Position numbers and translations under genes: made by a program. A DNA stretch of 64,000 bases, from assembly GCA_951406725.2 (NCBI GenBank), contig OX597838.1, positions 34,534,001-34,598,000 of the forward strand. The letters run 5' to 3'. The notes beneath the pieces were generated by a model, which saw only the letters and a list, made by a program, of their open reading frames with translations, did no database searches and was not told where the DNA came from. Source of the DNA: Octopus vulgaris. Its lineage: Eukaryota. Shown piece after piece: positions 1-12,654 of this stretch; position 1 is the first letter of the stretch, and every line of letters starts with the position of its first letter.

Positions 1-83
1 CATTTTAGTAAATAAATAAATTGACATAATATAATGTCTAAATGTTGATGAACCACCTATTGATCCCCTCCGTTTTCTTATTG

Positions 84-84
<1 letters not shown>

Positions 85-150
<66 letters not shown>
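85..150. repeat. (CT)n(AT)n compound microsatellite
   Basis: Directly visible. Confidence 0.95.
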
Positions 151-153
<3 letters not shown>

Positions 154-1204
154 AAATAAAGATTCAGATAGAATCAGGTACATGAAAAGATATGCACCAG
201 GTAGAGTTGGATAAACCTGTGGTTCCGGCCTATGGTTGGTAAGTATCAAATAGGACATTCCGGTTGTGTACTCAGAGAAAACCAGCCCTGTGAGTATTTA
301 GCGCCTAGGGACTGGTCCAAAACATTCTCCCATTTCATAGTTGGCCTCAACAGACTTCAGCCACGTCCCTGCTGTATTCTTGGGATATTCTTTTGTTTGT
401 AAAATTACGTTTCATTTGATGTTTACGGTCCTTTGTAATGGAGCAATATTCTCATATTTGTATTAAATAGAGGTGTAAGAAATGTCTGCAATGACAATTA
501 TCCATTGTCTGTTGTTATTCATTTGATACGTGTCTGTGTGTCTTTGTGTCTGCGCTTGTCCCTCTTCACTACTTGACAATTGGTGTTAGTGTTGGTGTAT
601 TTACATCCCTGTAATGTAGCATAAAGAGATCGATAAAACAAGTACCAGGCTGTAAACATAGGCACTAGGGTTGATTTGTTTGACAAAGCCCTCGAAGATG
701 GTGTCTCAGCCTGACTGCAATCCAATGACTGATACAAGTAAAAGATAGAAGATATACAGGCAGAAGTGTGCCTCCCACAACTTTGCTTGTTTCATCAATT
801 CGTTGCTGTAGGAACAGGCATAGCTGTAGTAAGAAACTTGCTTCCCAACCACATGGCTCTGGGTTCAGTCCCGCTGCGTGGGACCTTGAGTAGGTGTCTT
901 CTACTAAAGCCTCAGGCCGACCAAAGTCTTATGCGTGGATTTGATTGACAGAATCTTAAAGAAGCCTATTGTATATATGTGTGTGAATATATATATATAT
1001 CCAAACATATAAGGAATGGCCATAATAAGACATCCGACTCACTAGAAAGAGCAGTTAAACTCCAAACCACTAATAGTTGTAATTCTGAAATGGAAAGAGA
1101 AATAAAAACGTTTACCCTCTCCTTTCTGGACTATGCATAGTTTCGGCAATCTTATGTAAATAAATTAAATATATATATATATAAAGGTTAGTAGAGTTAG
1201 TAGC

Positions 1205-2527
1205 CTTTCCTACGACAGAAAGCAATGATATTCCCCTATAGTTACCATAATCATTCCTGTTGCCCTTTCCTTTTCCCATTACTGTATCACTCCAGTCCTC
1301 AGGTACAGATTCACTGGCCCTTATCCTGCCAAACAAGGAGTGAAGTTGCTACAGAAGTTTCTCACCACCATGTTGTAACAACTCTGCATGTATGCCATCC
1401 ATGATCGGAGACTTCCCATTATTCATTCTTGAGACAGCCACCACAACTTCTTCCAACTTTGGTGGTTCTGCAAGAGCCGCCTTCACAGGTAATCCAGGGA
1501 TGAGATTGAAAACATCCTCACTAACTACAGACTGTTGACTCAAATGTTCATCAAAGTGTTCTTGCCACCTTCACAGAATTCCTTGTGAATCACGAAGAAG
1601 TTCTTTACCATCCCTGCTTCAAAGTGGTGTCACCAGAGAAGAAGTCGGTCCATAAACTTCTCACAAGAGACCATACAACAGCTTTGTGTTAATGGAATCT
1701 GACACCGCCTGTATCTCATCATCCTTCTTACTCCACCACGTATCCCTCGTCTGAGAGAGCCTCCATCTCACACATGATTTCACATCCTTGAGTTCCCTAT
1801 GCAACACTTCTCTCTCCTGTGGCTTTGCTGACAAATAAATCATCTATATGTTCATCATTTTCTTTGAACCAGTTTTGATGCTTTCTTTGTATCAATTCCA
1901 GAACTTTCTTGCCTATATCATAAACTGACTTTTTAAGAGTCGGCCAATCCTGTATCCACAACATTCATTTCTTCTAATTGCACCTAAGACAATCAACATT
2001 CAATCTTTTAGGCAGGGTAATACCTGCAGCCCGGATTTTACGTTTTGTGATTAATTTTACTTTTGTACGTACTAGGCGGTTGCCAGTCCAACACTCAGCC
2101 CCATGAAGAACACGAACACACTGTACATCTGGTCTGTCATGCACCCTAACAAGAATGTAATCTAGAATATGCCATTCTTTAGATGCAGTGTGCATCCATG
2201 TAGTCTTAAACTTATTCTTTTGTTGAAACATGATATTGGTCACACACAGACTCAGCTCCTCGCACGTCTGTGCAGAAGCATGCCATTACTATTACACTTT
2301 CCCACCCCATGCTTTCCAATTACAGTCCATGTGTTAAAATCACTCCCCACACTAGCATTAAAGTCACCCAGTACGATGACTATGTCTGCCCGAGGGGTAT
2401 TTCTTATAACACCCTTCAAAGCATGGTAGAAAGAAAATTTTTTTTATCAGTAGAGCACATAGTTGAAGCATACACACTCACCAAGGTCACATAATTTCCT
2501 TTAATCAAAGGAATTCTCATGGACATA
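1205..2527 (-). mobile_element. Degenerate RTE-clade LINE fragment (endonuclease to start of RT)
   Basis: Frameshifted minus-strand peptides LGDFNA.VG, TWMH..SKEWHILDYILVR and NYRGISLLSVVGK, collinear with the LINE at 24-27.8 kb. Confidence 0.9.
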
Positions 2528-2839
2528 AGACGCACACACAAACACACACACTGTAATAAAATGCTGAAAATACGTCAAAGAAAATAATTCACACAAAAAA
2601 ATGTCACAAGGAAAGCGGACAAAAAGGCCACAGGAAAACTTCGAAAAAGTTCAGATTGTGGGAGTATGTCTGTGTGTGCATGTATGTGTGTGCTTCTTTA
2701 TTTCTTTACTTCATTTCAGAGATGGAATAAAACGCTATTTTTTTTTCGTCACATGAGCATTACCACGATATAAATTGTATTGTCACTTTGTTAGCTTTTA
2801 ATGAAGCGACTTCTAATATAATTTGTCGAATTTCTCTGT

Positions 2840-3075
2840 TATCACGTGGCTTTCGTTTTATTACATAGTTTTTTTTTTAATGAATGCTGTATGAGATGGT
2901 GGTAGAGGAAGAAGAAATGAGCGGCGGCGGTGGCAGTGGGGTTTCTGTGATGAAGAAAGTTTGGCTGTTAGAATTTTCGCTTTCCTTCTCTACCACGTCA
3001 TTCACAGCTGAAACATTCTTGAACACGTGGCCACGACCACGTTGTCGAAACAAAATTCCGGTAACTTCCGGTTGC
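2840..3075. promoter_or_regulatory. Candidate promoter/enhancer with CCACG(T) cluster and tandem ETS-like TTCCGG
   Basis: CACGTGGC ~2842, CCACGTCA ~2992, CACGTGGCCACGACCACGTT ~3024 and TTCCGGTAACTTCCGG ~3056 in a locally CpG-rich patch; no linked exon identified. Confidence 0.3.
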
Positions 3076-3671
3076 TTCAATATTTTTTTTCTTCTTTTGT
3101 ATAGTTTTATTTCATTTTAGTTTAATTTTTTTTCTTACTCTGTTGTCTTGAGCACTGATTTCGTCAGACAAGAACTGAATAACTTCTTACTAAAAATAGA
3201 CATATTCCTCGCTACACCGATTCCTGTTGTTTTTTTTCCTTCTCTCACCCACGAAATTACCACATTCGTTTTAAGGCTCATAATGGCTATTTATTAAACT
3301 TGGTGATTTGTTTTAATGCATCGCCTGTTTGGACACAACCTTGGTTACTGCTTCTTTAGGCAATGGCTGCTTATTCCTGTCGAAAATAGATATCACTTTC
3401 CTTTCTCGTCTCGCATTCTCGTGAATATGATAACCATTTCGTAGCTGGTTCAGATAAGACGGTCTCGGCATGGTTGCTCGATGTGTTAGAAATAACAGCA
3501 AAATCACACTCTACTGCCTTTTATAAAGGGAAGGGTACATTGCATAATGGTACGTAATAAAAAAGAAAGAAGAAAAAAGATGGGTTAATCTCTACTGGAA
3601 TCAGGACCTCTGGGAGAAATATCGGTTTCAAATTTTGGCACAAGCCTAGCAACTTCGAGTGGGGGTGAGGG

Positions 3672-3844
3672 GTTAAGTCGATTACATCGATCCCAGTGCT
3701 CAACTGGTACTTATTTTATTGACTGCCAAAGGGTAAAAGGTAAAGTTAATCTCGGCGGAATTTGAACACAGAACTTACAAAGATGGACGAAATGGCGCCG
3801 AACATTTTGCCTGGCGTGTGAACGATTCTGCCAGCTCGCCGCCT
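3672..3844 (-). mobile_element. tRNA-derived SINE, family B (GGCGGCGAGCTGGCAGAA head)
   Basis: A/B-box-like head and GAGTTCAAATTCCGCCGAGGTCGACTTTGCC core recurring across the window (e.g. 5635-5845, 10430-10615, 13497-13728, 21486-21720, 36005-36395, 44680-44896, 51470-52080, 56600-56810). Confidence 0.85.
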
Positions 3845-6727
3845 TATCCCCTAGAGAAATATTACGAGACGTAACAAGGCTGCCTTCGGGCCCTTTACCT
3901 CTTCTCAGAAATCGAAGAAGTCGTAAGCCCCGTTAAAATTAAGGAAATTAAACCCAATACCATCTTATTCTTTGAATTTAGTGTTGGTGGAATATACACT
4001 TGGATATACTCTTTCGACTGAGCACACTGGGCAGATGCTCGGGGACCTCACGGATATAAGGGACCATTTCTCATCTATGTATGTTGTGACTTTCTGTTAG
4101 TGGCTGTTGGCCCCACATGCTGTGACATCTCCCGCGGCAACCTGGTGTGTTCAGCTACCGGTCTAAGCTCTGCTGCTCGTCAATCCGAGAAGAGCAATCT
4201 GTCAAAGTATTGCTCTCTCTCTCTCTCTCTCTCTCTGACAGGTTTATTGTGAAGCCTGTGACAGTGGAGACTTCTAGCGTACTCGGCTCCCGGACCATTT
4301 CACCGCCATCGAGGTGGAGATGGCTATTCGCAAGTGAGATTCCCGTGAATAAGAGTGGCCGTTCCAGTGCATATCCCTCGCTATCCTGGGATGGTCTAAA
4401 TTGCAGGAAATCTAGAGAACGCAAGAATCTCTGATTGGCTTGTTGTCTGTTTAGTGAGTTCTCTGAGAAACAGGCTAAACATACTGTTATTATTAAAAAA
4501 GAAAAAAGCTTGCTGCTGCTGCTTATTTACAATGAAAGTGTCACGAGTAGTTATAATTAGACTTGGTGGCAATTTAAATATGTAGCGGGAGAAATTGATT
4601 AGCAAACAATAATATGAAATGTCGGAGTCAGCAGTTGTAACGATAAAAATTTGTTGTTATAATTGCATACTGTAGGATGTGAAAGATGAACAATGCATGA
4701 AGATTTAAGAAAGTATTTATTTACCGTTACGTTGAAAAATACCATACCTCGACGGGCAGGTTATATCATCCGAGAGCATGCGAAAGAAAGATGTGGTAGA
4801 ATTTTTCTTTTTTTGCATAGTAGTAATCCACAGATAGCGATAGATGATGTTGTAAGAGAACAGTCTTAGAGCTAGAGAGAATTGTTGGGTGTTGTTGTCT
4901 CACAGTTGCTGACAATAAACTTCATTTCTCCCTCTGACCAAGGTTCTAACTGGTCAGACAGCCTTCGTTCTCATTGAGCCGTCACCATGTGAGTGGACTT
5001 GTTGAGTCGTCACCGACTGATTTTTGCTTGGGGTGTTCTTGCTTTTATAACTATCCAGAAGGATAGATATATCATTGAGAACAATAGATTTAGTTGGTGG
5101 TCTTGTTATCTCTATTCTAGCTTTTGGTGAAGTAGAAGAGGTTAGAAAGGGTCAAGTGGTGAAGACATTATTTCAGCCTAGCTAAAGGCATCTGGAAAAT
5201 GTAAAACTGCTGTCAGAGCAAAACCATTGTTACACCGTGGGAAAAGTTCTGTTGCAGTGTTAATTTAAATTTGGCTATGGTGGATCGAATCCACTTCATG
5301 CATGCAAGATTCACTACAGGATTGTTGAACGAACCACCCATGTTTCCAAGGGTGAATTATCCAAACCTCAAAGAATTCCTTTCAACACACAGCTATGATG
5401 CTCCCCCACTACTTCTAATCATGATCAGAGATGCATATATCGTCAGCCACTAAGGGACATGGTCAACTGGTTAAGGTCAAACAACTGACAAGCAAATCTG
5501 TGGTATTAAGCAGAATATTTGCTGTGGCCCATCTTTTATACCAAGACTAAACAATATACATGATAACACTTCCAATCAGTTAAGATCAGAAGCCATGAGA
5601 GCCACTGTCTGGTACTGCATCTATTATTATTAGGCTGTGGGCTGGCAGAATCGTTAGCACGCCGGGCAAAATGCTTAGTGGCATTTCGTCCGTCCTTATG
5701 TTCTGAGTTCAAATTCCGCCGAGGTCGACTTTGCCTTTCATCCTTTCGGGGTCGATGAAATAAGTACCAGTTACGCACTGGAATCGATGTAATCGACTAG
5801 TCCCATCCCCCAAATTTCAGGCCTTGTGCCTACAGTAGAAAGGATTTATTATTATTATTATTATTATTATTAGAGAGAGAAAGCGAAAGAGGGAGAGCGC
5901 AGTGGGTGGAGTGAAGAGAGAGAGAGAGAGAAACTGCCTCTACGACTGAATCGGAAGGCAAAGTTGACCTTGGCAGGATTTGAACCCAGGGTACACACGA
6001 CCGGAATGTCGCACTAACGTATAAATAGAATAAGCACACTTTTACTATTTATTTATGTTGACTCGTAGATTCTTTGTTTTTCCGTTAATTTCCGTTTAAA
6101 GCGGAAACAAAATTAGTCGCTGAGTTCAGTTTTTATCGTCTTCCTCCGTCTTCTCTGAATATTTAGGCGGCGATTTGCAAACAATATTCTCTTTATTTAG
6201 ACCACCAAAAGATGTCTTATGAATTAGGATTTCATGAGTACAAACCGAACAATTACTGGAAAGATCTGGAAATAAAACTATTGTGATGGTAGTGGCGGTG
6301 ATAGCGGTGGTGCTAGATGGGGTGGTGGCTTTAAATGAAGGTTGAGGTTGTGGTGGTGGCTGTGAGAGTTGAGTGTGATAACAGTGACGGAAGGGTACAG
6401 TCGTTGTGATGGTGGTGGTGGACTCGATGATGCGGGTAGCTGATGTGGTGATGAATGTGAGTGGTGGTTTTAATGAAGATGGCAGAAGTGACGTGGATAA
6501 TTGTGATGGTGGTTGTTAGAACGCGTTGGTTGGTGTATCGCAAACTGCATAGTTAAAGCGTGTATGAATGTGTGTGTGTGTGTGTGTGTGTGTGTGAGCA
6601 GTTAAATGTCGTATCACAGGATAAATGTGACGGAGAACGAACGATTATAGTTTATTTGTTACAGGTTTTAATGCGGTTCTTTTCTGTTCTTCGGTTGCCA
6701 ATTTTCAATCTCTTCAATTCCTGCTCG

Positions 6728-7350
6728 GGATCTTTACCTTTTGACCAACAGATTTAAAAAATAATTTTTTTGTAACTAAACACTTTCAAACTTCGGACAT
6801 TGGTAGAATGTGTCATATGAAACATCTTTTACTCATAGCATTTTTGAGAAAAAAACTTATATTTACGAAGATATTTCACGTTAAAGTAGTTCTATTTCGG
6901 TAATTTCAACCAATCAATGACGTGTATTCAGATGAATAAAATTACTGCCTTTGTTTGTCAACAACAACTATTGGCGGTGTATTTTTCATTTGTCACTGTT
7001 ATTTATGACAACTCTAGCCCTAAAACCTTAACCATAACACCCTAACCCTAAAACCCAAACCCTAAAAACCTAACCCTAAAACCTTAAAGCTAGGACCAGT
7101 ACAAACGCACGAACGATGTCATAAATAACAGTGACAAACGAAAACTACACCGCCGATAATTGTTGTTGACCAACTGATTGATTGAAATTACCGAAATACA
7201 AGAATTTTAAGGTGAAATATCTTCGTAAATATAGGTTTTTCTCAAAAATGCTAAGAGTGAAAGATGTTTTATATGACACATTCTACCAGTGTCCGTAGTT
7301 TGAAAGTGTTTAGTTACAAAAAATAATTTTTTAAATCTGTAGGTCAAAAG
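6728..7350. mobile_element. Foldback/MITE-like element with long inverted arms and degenerate (CCCTAA)n core
   Basis: Arm ~6738-7010 is the reverse complement of ~7118-7350 (CTTTTGACC...GGTCAAAAG); centre ~7017-7087 has CCCTAA/CCTAAAA units. Confidence 0.85.
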
Positions 7351-7793
7351 CTCGAATTGATTTCATATTCGGTGTAATGATATGGTTTTATATGCTAATC
7401 TCTGCTTTGAAATTCATTTTCACAATAAATCGGTAAATAAATGCTTAATCTGTAGAAGCGGTTGTGGCTGTAGAGAAATGTGCACAAGCGACGTATCAGT
7501 GTCTTAATTCACGAAGAGCCCTGCCTAAATAATGATATCTTTTCTCTTCTTCACAGCAAAGAAATATTTAAACAGGTTTGTTAATCCGCCTCATGGTCCC
7601 AGCGAACAAAATGGAAGGGGCGTTGTCCCGGAGTATGGCGTGGTAGATGCGCAGGAACAGCCACTCTGACTCACGGAATTGACACTTACGGATAGCTATC
7701 TCCGCCCCGATAGCGGTGAGCAGAGGTGTACTCCGTGGCCAAAGCCGCTATAATCTCTTAAAACGTCACCAAATTATACTAGATGCTTTAAAC

Positions 7794-7910
7794 CAGCGGT
7801 CCCCAAAACTTTTTTGCACCACGGACCAGTTTCATGCAAGACAATTTCCCCCACAAACTAGGGACTCGTGAGCATAACGAAACACAATAATGTGCATAAT
7901 ATATGAATTG
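7794..7910 (+). mobile_element. hAT/Charlie-like MITE end; inverted related copy at ~10050-10162
   Basis: CAGCGGTCCCCAAA...TTTTGCACCACGGACCAGTTTCATGCAAGAC resembles hAT-Charlie termini; reverse-complement match at 10100-10162. Confidence 0.55.
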
Positions 7911-7984
7911 ATTATTAGATTAAGGGTGCTGAAAAGTTCCTGGCTTAGGGTAAAAGAAAATACACACGGGAGGATCAGTTAATT

Positions 7985-8304
7985 ATTTTCTCTTGGCTTT
8001 ATTGAGAAAATTCCATGGTTTGTAAGATATTTGTTATTTTTTTTCTTCAATTTCTGCAATTTCAACCTATCAATTACGTCTATTGGGGTAAAAAAACATT
8101 CTGTGCCGTATGAATATGTCCCTCGTTTAAGAAACAGATTGGTTTATTCACATTTGTGAAGAAAAAAAGATACCCTTCCCCCACCCCTACCCTAACCCTA
8201 AAACAGATTGAAATGCAATAGATCGATACTAGGGTCATAATTATGGGTGACAATTTCATATGACACCGCAAGAAAAAAAACTGCCGTTCAAACCGAAAAG
8301 ATCC
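7985..8304. mobile_element. Partial copy of GGATCTTTTCGGTTTGAACGGCAG-TIR MITE
   Basis: Reverse-complement match to 11736-12030; ends CTGCCGTTCAAACCGAAAAGATCC; contains CCCTAACCCTAA. Confidence 0.85.
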
Positions 8305-8547
8305 CGATTTAGTCTTCGTTATACTTATATAAACAGTTTGTTTTTCCTTACACGGGAAATTAATCATCAGCTCTAGGAGCCCACTAATCTCTATAAGAAC
8401 GACGGTTCTCTACTGCTCTAGTCTCTACTGCTCTAGGTCTTTGGCACACGCCACTCGTCTCTGACAACGATATATCTAACACCGGCCAGTCTCCGCTTTC
8501 ATCTACACCAGACACCCGCCTACATCGTTGCTGTATGAACACTACCC

Positions 8548-8844
8548 TTGCCCTGTGAGAAAAGTTATGTTATACTGTACAACGGACAACATGAAAAACT
8601 TTATAATGAGATAGATTCGTGGGACAGAGCGATAAAAGTGAATATAACAGAAGTTGGGGGATTGCCCGAGTACATTTATTGTGCGGTGGCAGACTCAGAG
8701 TATCTTTCGAGAGTAAAGGATTATGAGGAGGACTTTGAGTGGTGGGTCAAGAAAATAAACACCAGCTCAATACCAGAACGGGTAAGCTATTTTGAACTTT
8801 TAAAGAAATTTAACTTAGACATTCTTCAGAAAGATGAAAGTTAG
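8548..8844 (+). other. Orphan 98-codon non-repetitive ORF, function unknown
   Basis: Globular-protein-like composition, but no in-frame ATG or clear splice sites; family not recognised. Confidence 0.25.
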
Positions 8845-8846
8845 CT

Positions 8847-8910
8847 GTTGCAAATAGTGTTTTCAATTGTTACAAATAGTGTTTTGAACTGTTACAAGTA
8901 GTGTTTTAAA
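8847..8910 (+). repeat. Three copies of a 22-bp tandem unit
   Basis: GTTGCAAATAGTGTTTTCAATT / GTTACAAATAGTGTTTTGAACT / GTTACAAGTAGTGTTTTAAA. Confidence 0.85.
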
Positions 8911-8919
8911 GAGAAGTAT

Positions 8920-9244
8920 GGCAATCTTACGGTTCTAGCATATTTTACGTCAACTGACCACGTATATTTGTCGATTTCCGTAAAAAACTTTTATCTTTTT
9001 ACATTTATTTTTTTACATATGGGGTTGGGAGGAAATGGGATCTTTGGGGTTAGGGTTAGGGTTAGGGTTAGGGTTAGGATTTGGGGTTAGGGTTAGGGTC
9101 CTAACCGTAACCCTAACCCAAAGATCCCATTCCCCCCACCCCCATATGTAAAAAAATAAAAGTTTTTTACGGAAATCGACGATCGTATATAAACAAATAC
9201 ACGTGGTCAGTTGACGTAAAATATACCAGAACCGTAAGATTGCC
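8920..9244. mobile_element. Palindromic MITE with head-to-head (TTAGGG)n/(CCCTAA)n centre
   Basis: TIR GGCAATCTTACGGTTCT...AGAACCGTAAGATTGCC; flanks AAGTAT/AAGTAG are a possible imperfect 6-bp TSD. Confidence 0.9.
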
Positions 9245-10690
9245 AAGTAGAAGTATTAACAGGTTCACCGAAGTCGCGCGGAGGTGGGGCCGAACGGCTT
9301 CATTTCATTTATCATTTTATCTTAATTCATCCTTTCCATCCGTGTTTTGTTTCTGTCCCCACCATGTGATGTCCCCTCTGTGTTAGGCCCTATGTGACTA
9401 ATAAAGAAAGAAAGTTCCTTAACTTCCTCGCTTCGCTCCCAAGCGACCCCCGGCATGCTGTTTTGCTCTATCGCGGTTTACGCTGGCCTCTCTCACACAA
9501 GAACATTCTTCTTCCATGGACCGCTGGCAGAATTGACCAAACTCAATGTCGTTATCTTCATGCTATCTAGAAACACTTCTATTAAGTTTTTTTCTCCGTT
9601 TTCAAAGTACAACTGATGTCTTCACGCATTCATTCATTTACTGTTAACACATTAGAAACATCTCTATAAAACACTACACATCTCTCAAGAACACAACTTA
9701 CCGCTTTAGAGGAAATCTTATGCAAGACATGAAAACTCTATGTAACCCTCTGCTGTTTGTCCATCTGTCTTTGTATACCAATTACTATTGAACGAACATA
9801 CAAACACAGTATCAACAAACCGCTACCGCCGACGTCGTCACTTCCACCAAACTGTGAACACTCCATTTGGCTATAGCTACACATTAGCTACGAAGTGTAG
9901 TGAACTCACCATACTAATGACCCTTAGACTGGTGATGAAATCACTAAAAAGGTATACTGAGAGTAAACAGCAGTGGTAAGAACTGAGCAAGAGAAAACCC
10001 CAAGCCTGGACAATAGTAGAAATACAGTATTTAATAAATGTAATGATTAAAGTTTATACACATTACTGTGTTTTGTCTCGCGCGTGATACCCCGATCTGC
10101 GGGAAAATGTCTTGCATTAAACCGGACCATGGTGCAAAAGAAAAAAACATTTGAGATCGCTCTTCTACTTTATTCAATCTGAACACTGAGATATGCCCGA
10201 CGCTAAACGATGTTTGTGTACACTGGACGACACTGTACCTATACTTTTCAATGGCGCACCCTCAAATTAAAAAAAATACTGTTTACAAAAATCTTACTGC
10301 AATACAAATTAGTGCCCACCTAGAATATTCTGCAGCTCCCACCCCCACCTCAGGAACCAAATGTTCTGAGCTCTTCACAGAAATAGAAAACATGTCGGAT
10401 GTGTTTGTGTCAATAGGAAGCATGGATATTTATTTCTTTATTGCCCACAGGGGGCTAAACACAGAGAGGACAAACAAGGACAGGCAAAGGGATTAAGTCG
10501 ATTATATCGACCCCAGTGATTTACTGGTACTTATTTAATCGACCCCGAAAGGATGAAAGGCAAAGTCGACCTCGACGGAATTTGAACTCAGAACATAACG
10601 GCAGACGAAATAGGAAGCATGTATATTATTGACCTTACGCAAACGATGCTACCTTCATGAACATTCAACAGAGGTAAAGAGAGCTTTGTA

Positions 10691-11081
10691 GTAGATCTTT
10701 CCGTCGATTTCCGTAAGAAAACATTTTTTTTACATATGGGCTTGCGGGAACTTTTGAAGTAATGAGAGCGAAAGAGACTAAGAGAAAGCGATTGTATGAC
10801 GAGGGAAGTTCTTTTGAAGTTACCGTGCATGGGAGCACACACACACTAACAGAAGCACTTCACTTACACAACATACTGTCTGTCTCCCACACCCCATCAA
10901 ACACACACACACACACACATGTCCATCAATGCTCCCATGCACGGTAACTTCAAAAGAACTTCCCTCGTCATACAATCGCTTTCTCTTAGTCTCTTTCGCT
11001 CTCATTACTTCAAAAGTTCCCGCAAGCCCATATGTAAAAAAAAAAAAGAAGTTTTTTACGGAAATCGACGGAAAGGTCTAC
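10691..11081. mobile_element. Foldback MITE with ~145-bp near-perfect inverted arms, TA-flanked
   Basis: TA|GTAGATCTTTCCGTCGATTTCCGTAA...TTACGGAAATCGACGGAAAGGTCTAC|TA; arms ~10691-10837 and ~10931-11081 around a CA-rich spacer. Confidence 0.9.
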
Positions 11082-11498
11082 TAGAGACGAAAGACCGCCG
11101 AGCTTTGTAGCTACAGTCAAAGGAAATGAATGCAAAGAAAACACTCTATGATGGTCAACGAGAAACGACAATCACCAAAAAATAAAAACTACAAATGTAT
11201 AGCAGTGATTCGAAACCGAATAGATACGCTGTCAGATCTCATAAGTGAACCACAAAAGATTCACGTGATCGGTTTAAACAACCAATCAGCATCACAGCAA
11301 GACAATTCAGGCAGCCGGTTCAGACAGATGACCAGGAAACTCCATCGCCACCAAGATAGCGCAATTGATTTCGGATATGATGTCCAACCGCACGTTCCCG
11401 TACCAATAGCTTACTGTAAGTCTCAGAGCATTATCTCTCTTCCAGTTTGTAATTATTTCTATCCTTAACTGCAAATGGTAACAATCAATTCAACTAGC

Positions 11499-12130
11499 GG
11501 ATCTTTTCGGTTTGAACGGCAGTTTTTAACAATTTCTAGGTAACTAAACACCTTTAAACTTCGTATACTGGTAGAATGTGTTTATAAAACATCTTTTTCT
11601 CTTGGCTTTATTGAAAAAATTCTATAATTTGTAAGATATTTGTTGTTTTTTTCTTCAATTTCTGCAATGCCATCCAATCAAATACGTCTATTGAGTTAAG
11701 AAGCATTCTGTGCCGTATGAATATGTACCTTGTTTGGATCTTTCCTGTTTGAACGGCAGTTTTTTCTAGCGGTGTCATATGAAATTGTCACCCATAATTA
11801 TGACCCTAGTATCGATCTATTGCATTTCAATCTGTTTTAGGGTTAGGGGTGGGGGAAGGGTATCTTTTTTCTTCACAAATGTAAATAAACCCAATCTGTT
11901 TCTTAAACGAGGGACATATTCATACGGCACAGAATGCTTTTTACCTCAATAGACGTAATTGATTGGTTGAAATGGAAGAAAAAATAACAAATATCTTACA
12001 AACTATAGAATTTTCTCAAAGGCAAGAGAAAAAGATGTTTTATAAACACATTCTACCAGTATACGAAGTTTAAAATTTTTTAGTTACCTAGAAATTATGT
12101 TAAAAACTGCCGTTCAAACCGAAAAGATCC
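11499..12130. mobile_element. Composite foldback: complete MITE (11736-12130) plus inverted partial copy (11499-11735)
   Basis: Three copies of the TIR GGATCTTTYCKGTTTGAACGGCAG (11499, 11736, reverse at 12107-12130); internal TTAGGGTTAGGG. Confidence 0.88.
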
Positions 12131-12407
12131 GAATGTCGTTGAAAAGAAGAATCGTAAGATTGATTCTTCAAGTCGAGCCAACCGGCAGGAGACCTAAGGG
12201 TGGATGAAGAACGGGGTGGTTGGATAATATCCATAGTCTCAGTTGGTCAAGCTTGGGAATCCAACCGGAAAGTCTAATGATGGTTGCTTCTGATAAGACC
12301 CTATGGAGGAGGTGCCTGAGGATTCTACTCTCAAGAATATCCCATGAATAGTGGACGGATGGATGGATTACTAATGTTTTAGAGGTAAGTGTAAAGAAAA
12401 TTTTTGA

Positions 12408-12649
12408 GGCGTAGGAGTGGCTGTGTGGTAAGTAGCTTGCCTACGAACCACATGGTTCCGGATTCAGTCCCACTGCGTGGCACCTTGAGCAAGTGTCTTC
12501 TACTATAGCCTCAGGCCGACCAAAGCCTTGTGAGTGGATTTGGTAGACGGAAACTGAAAGAACCCCGTCGTATATATGCATATATGTGTGTTTGTTCCCC
12601 CGCAACATCGCTTGACAACCGATGCTGGTGTGTTTACGTCCCCGTAACT
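12408..12649 (+). mobile_element. tRNA-derived SINE, family A, 3'-truncated
   Basis: GGCGTAGGAGTGGCTGTGTGGTAAG head, GGTTCAGTCCC-like B box and GGCACCTTGRGCAAGT CORE-like motif. Confidence 0.88.
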
Positions 12650-12654
12650 TTGCT

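Noticed and set aside
3870-5250. Possible LTR-element or coding relic (ORFs 4147-4605)
   Set aside because: No recognisable gag/pol motifs or paired LTRs were found by eye.
8325-8376. Minus-strand CTGATGA...GAAA with a paired stem III (hammerhead-like)
   Set aside because: Stems I and II do not pair; probably chance.
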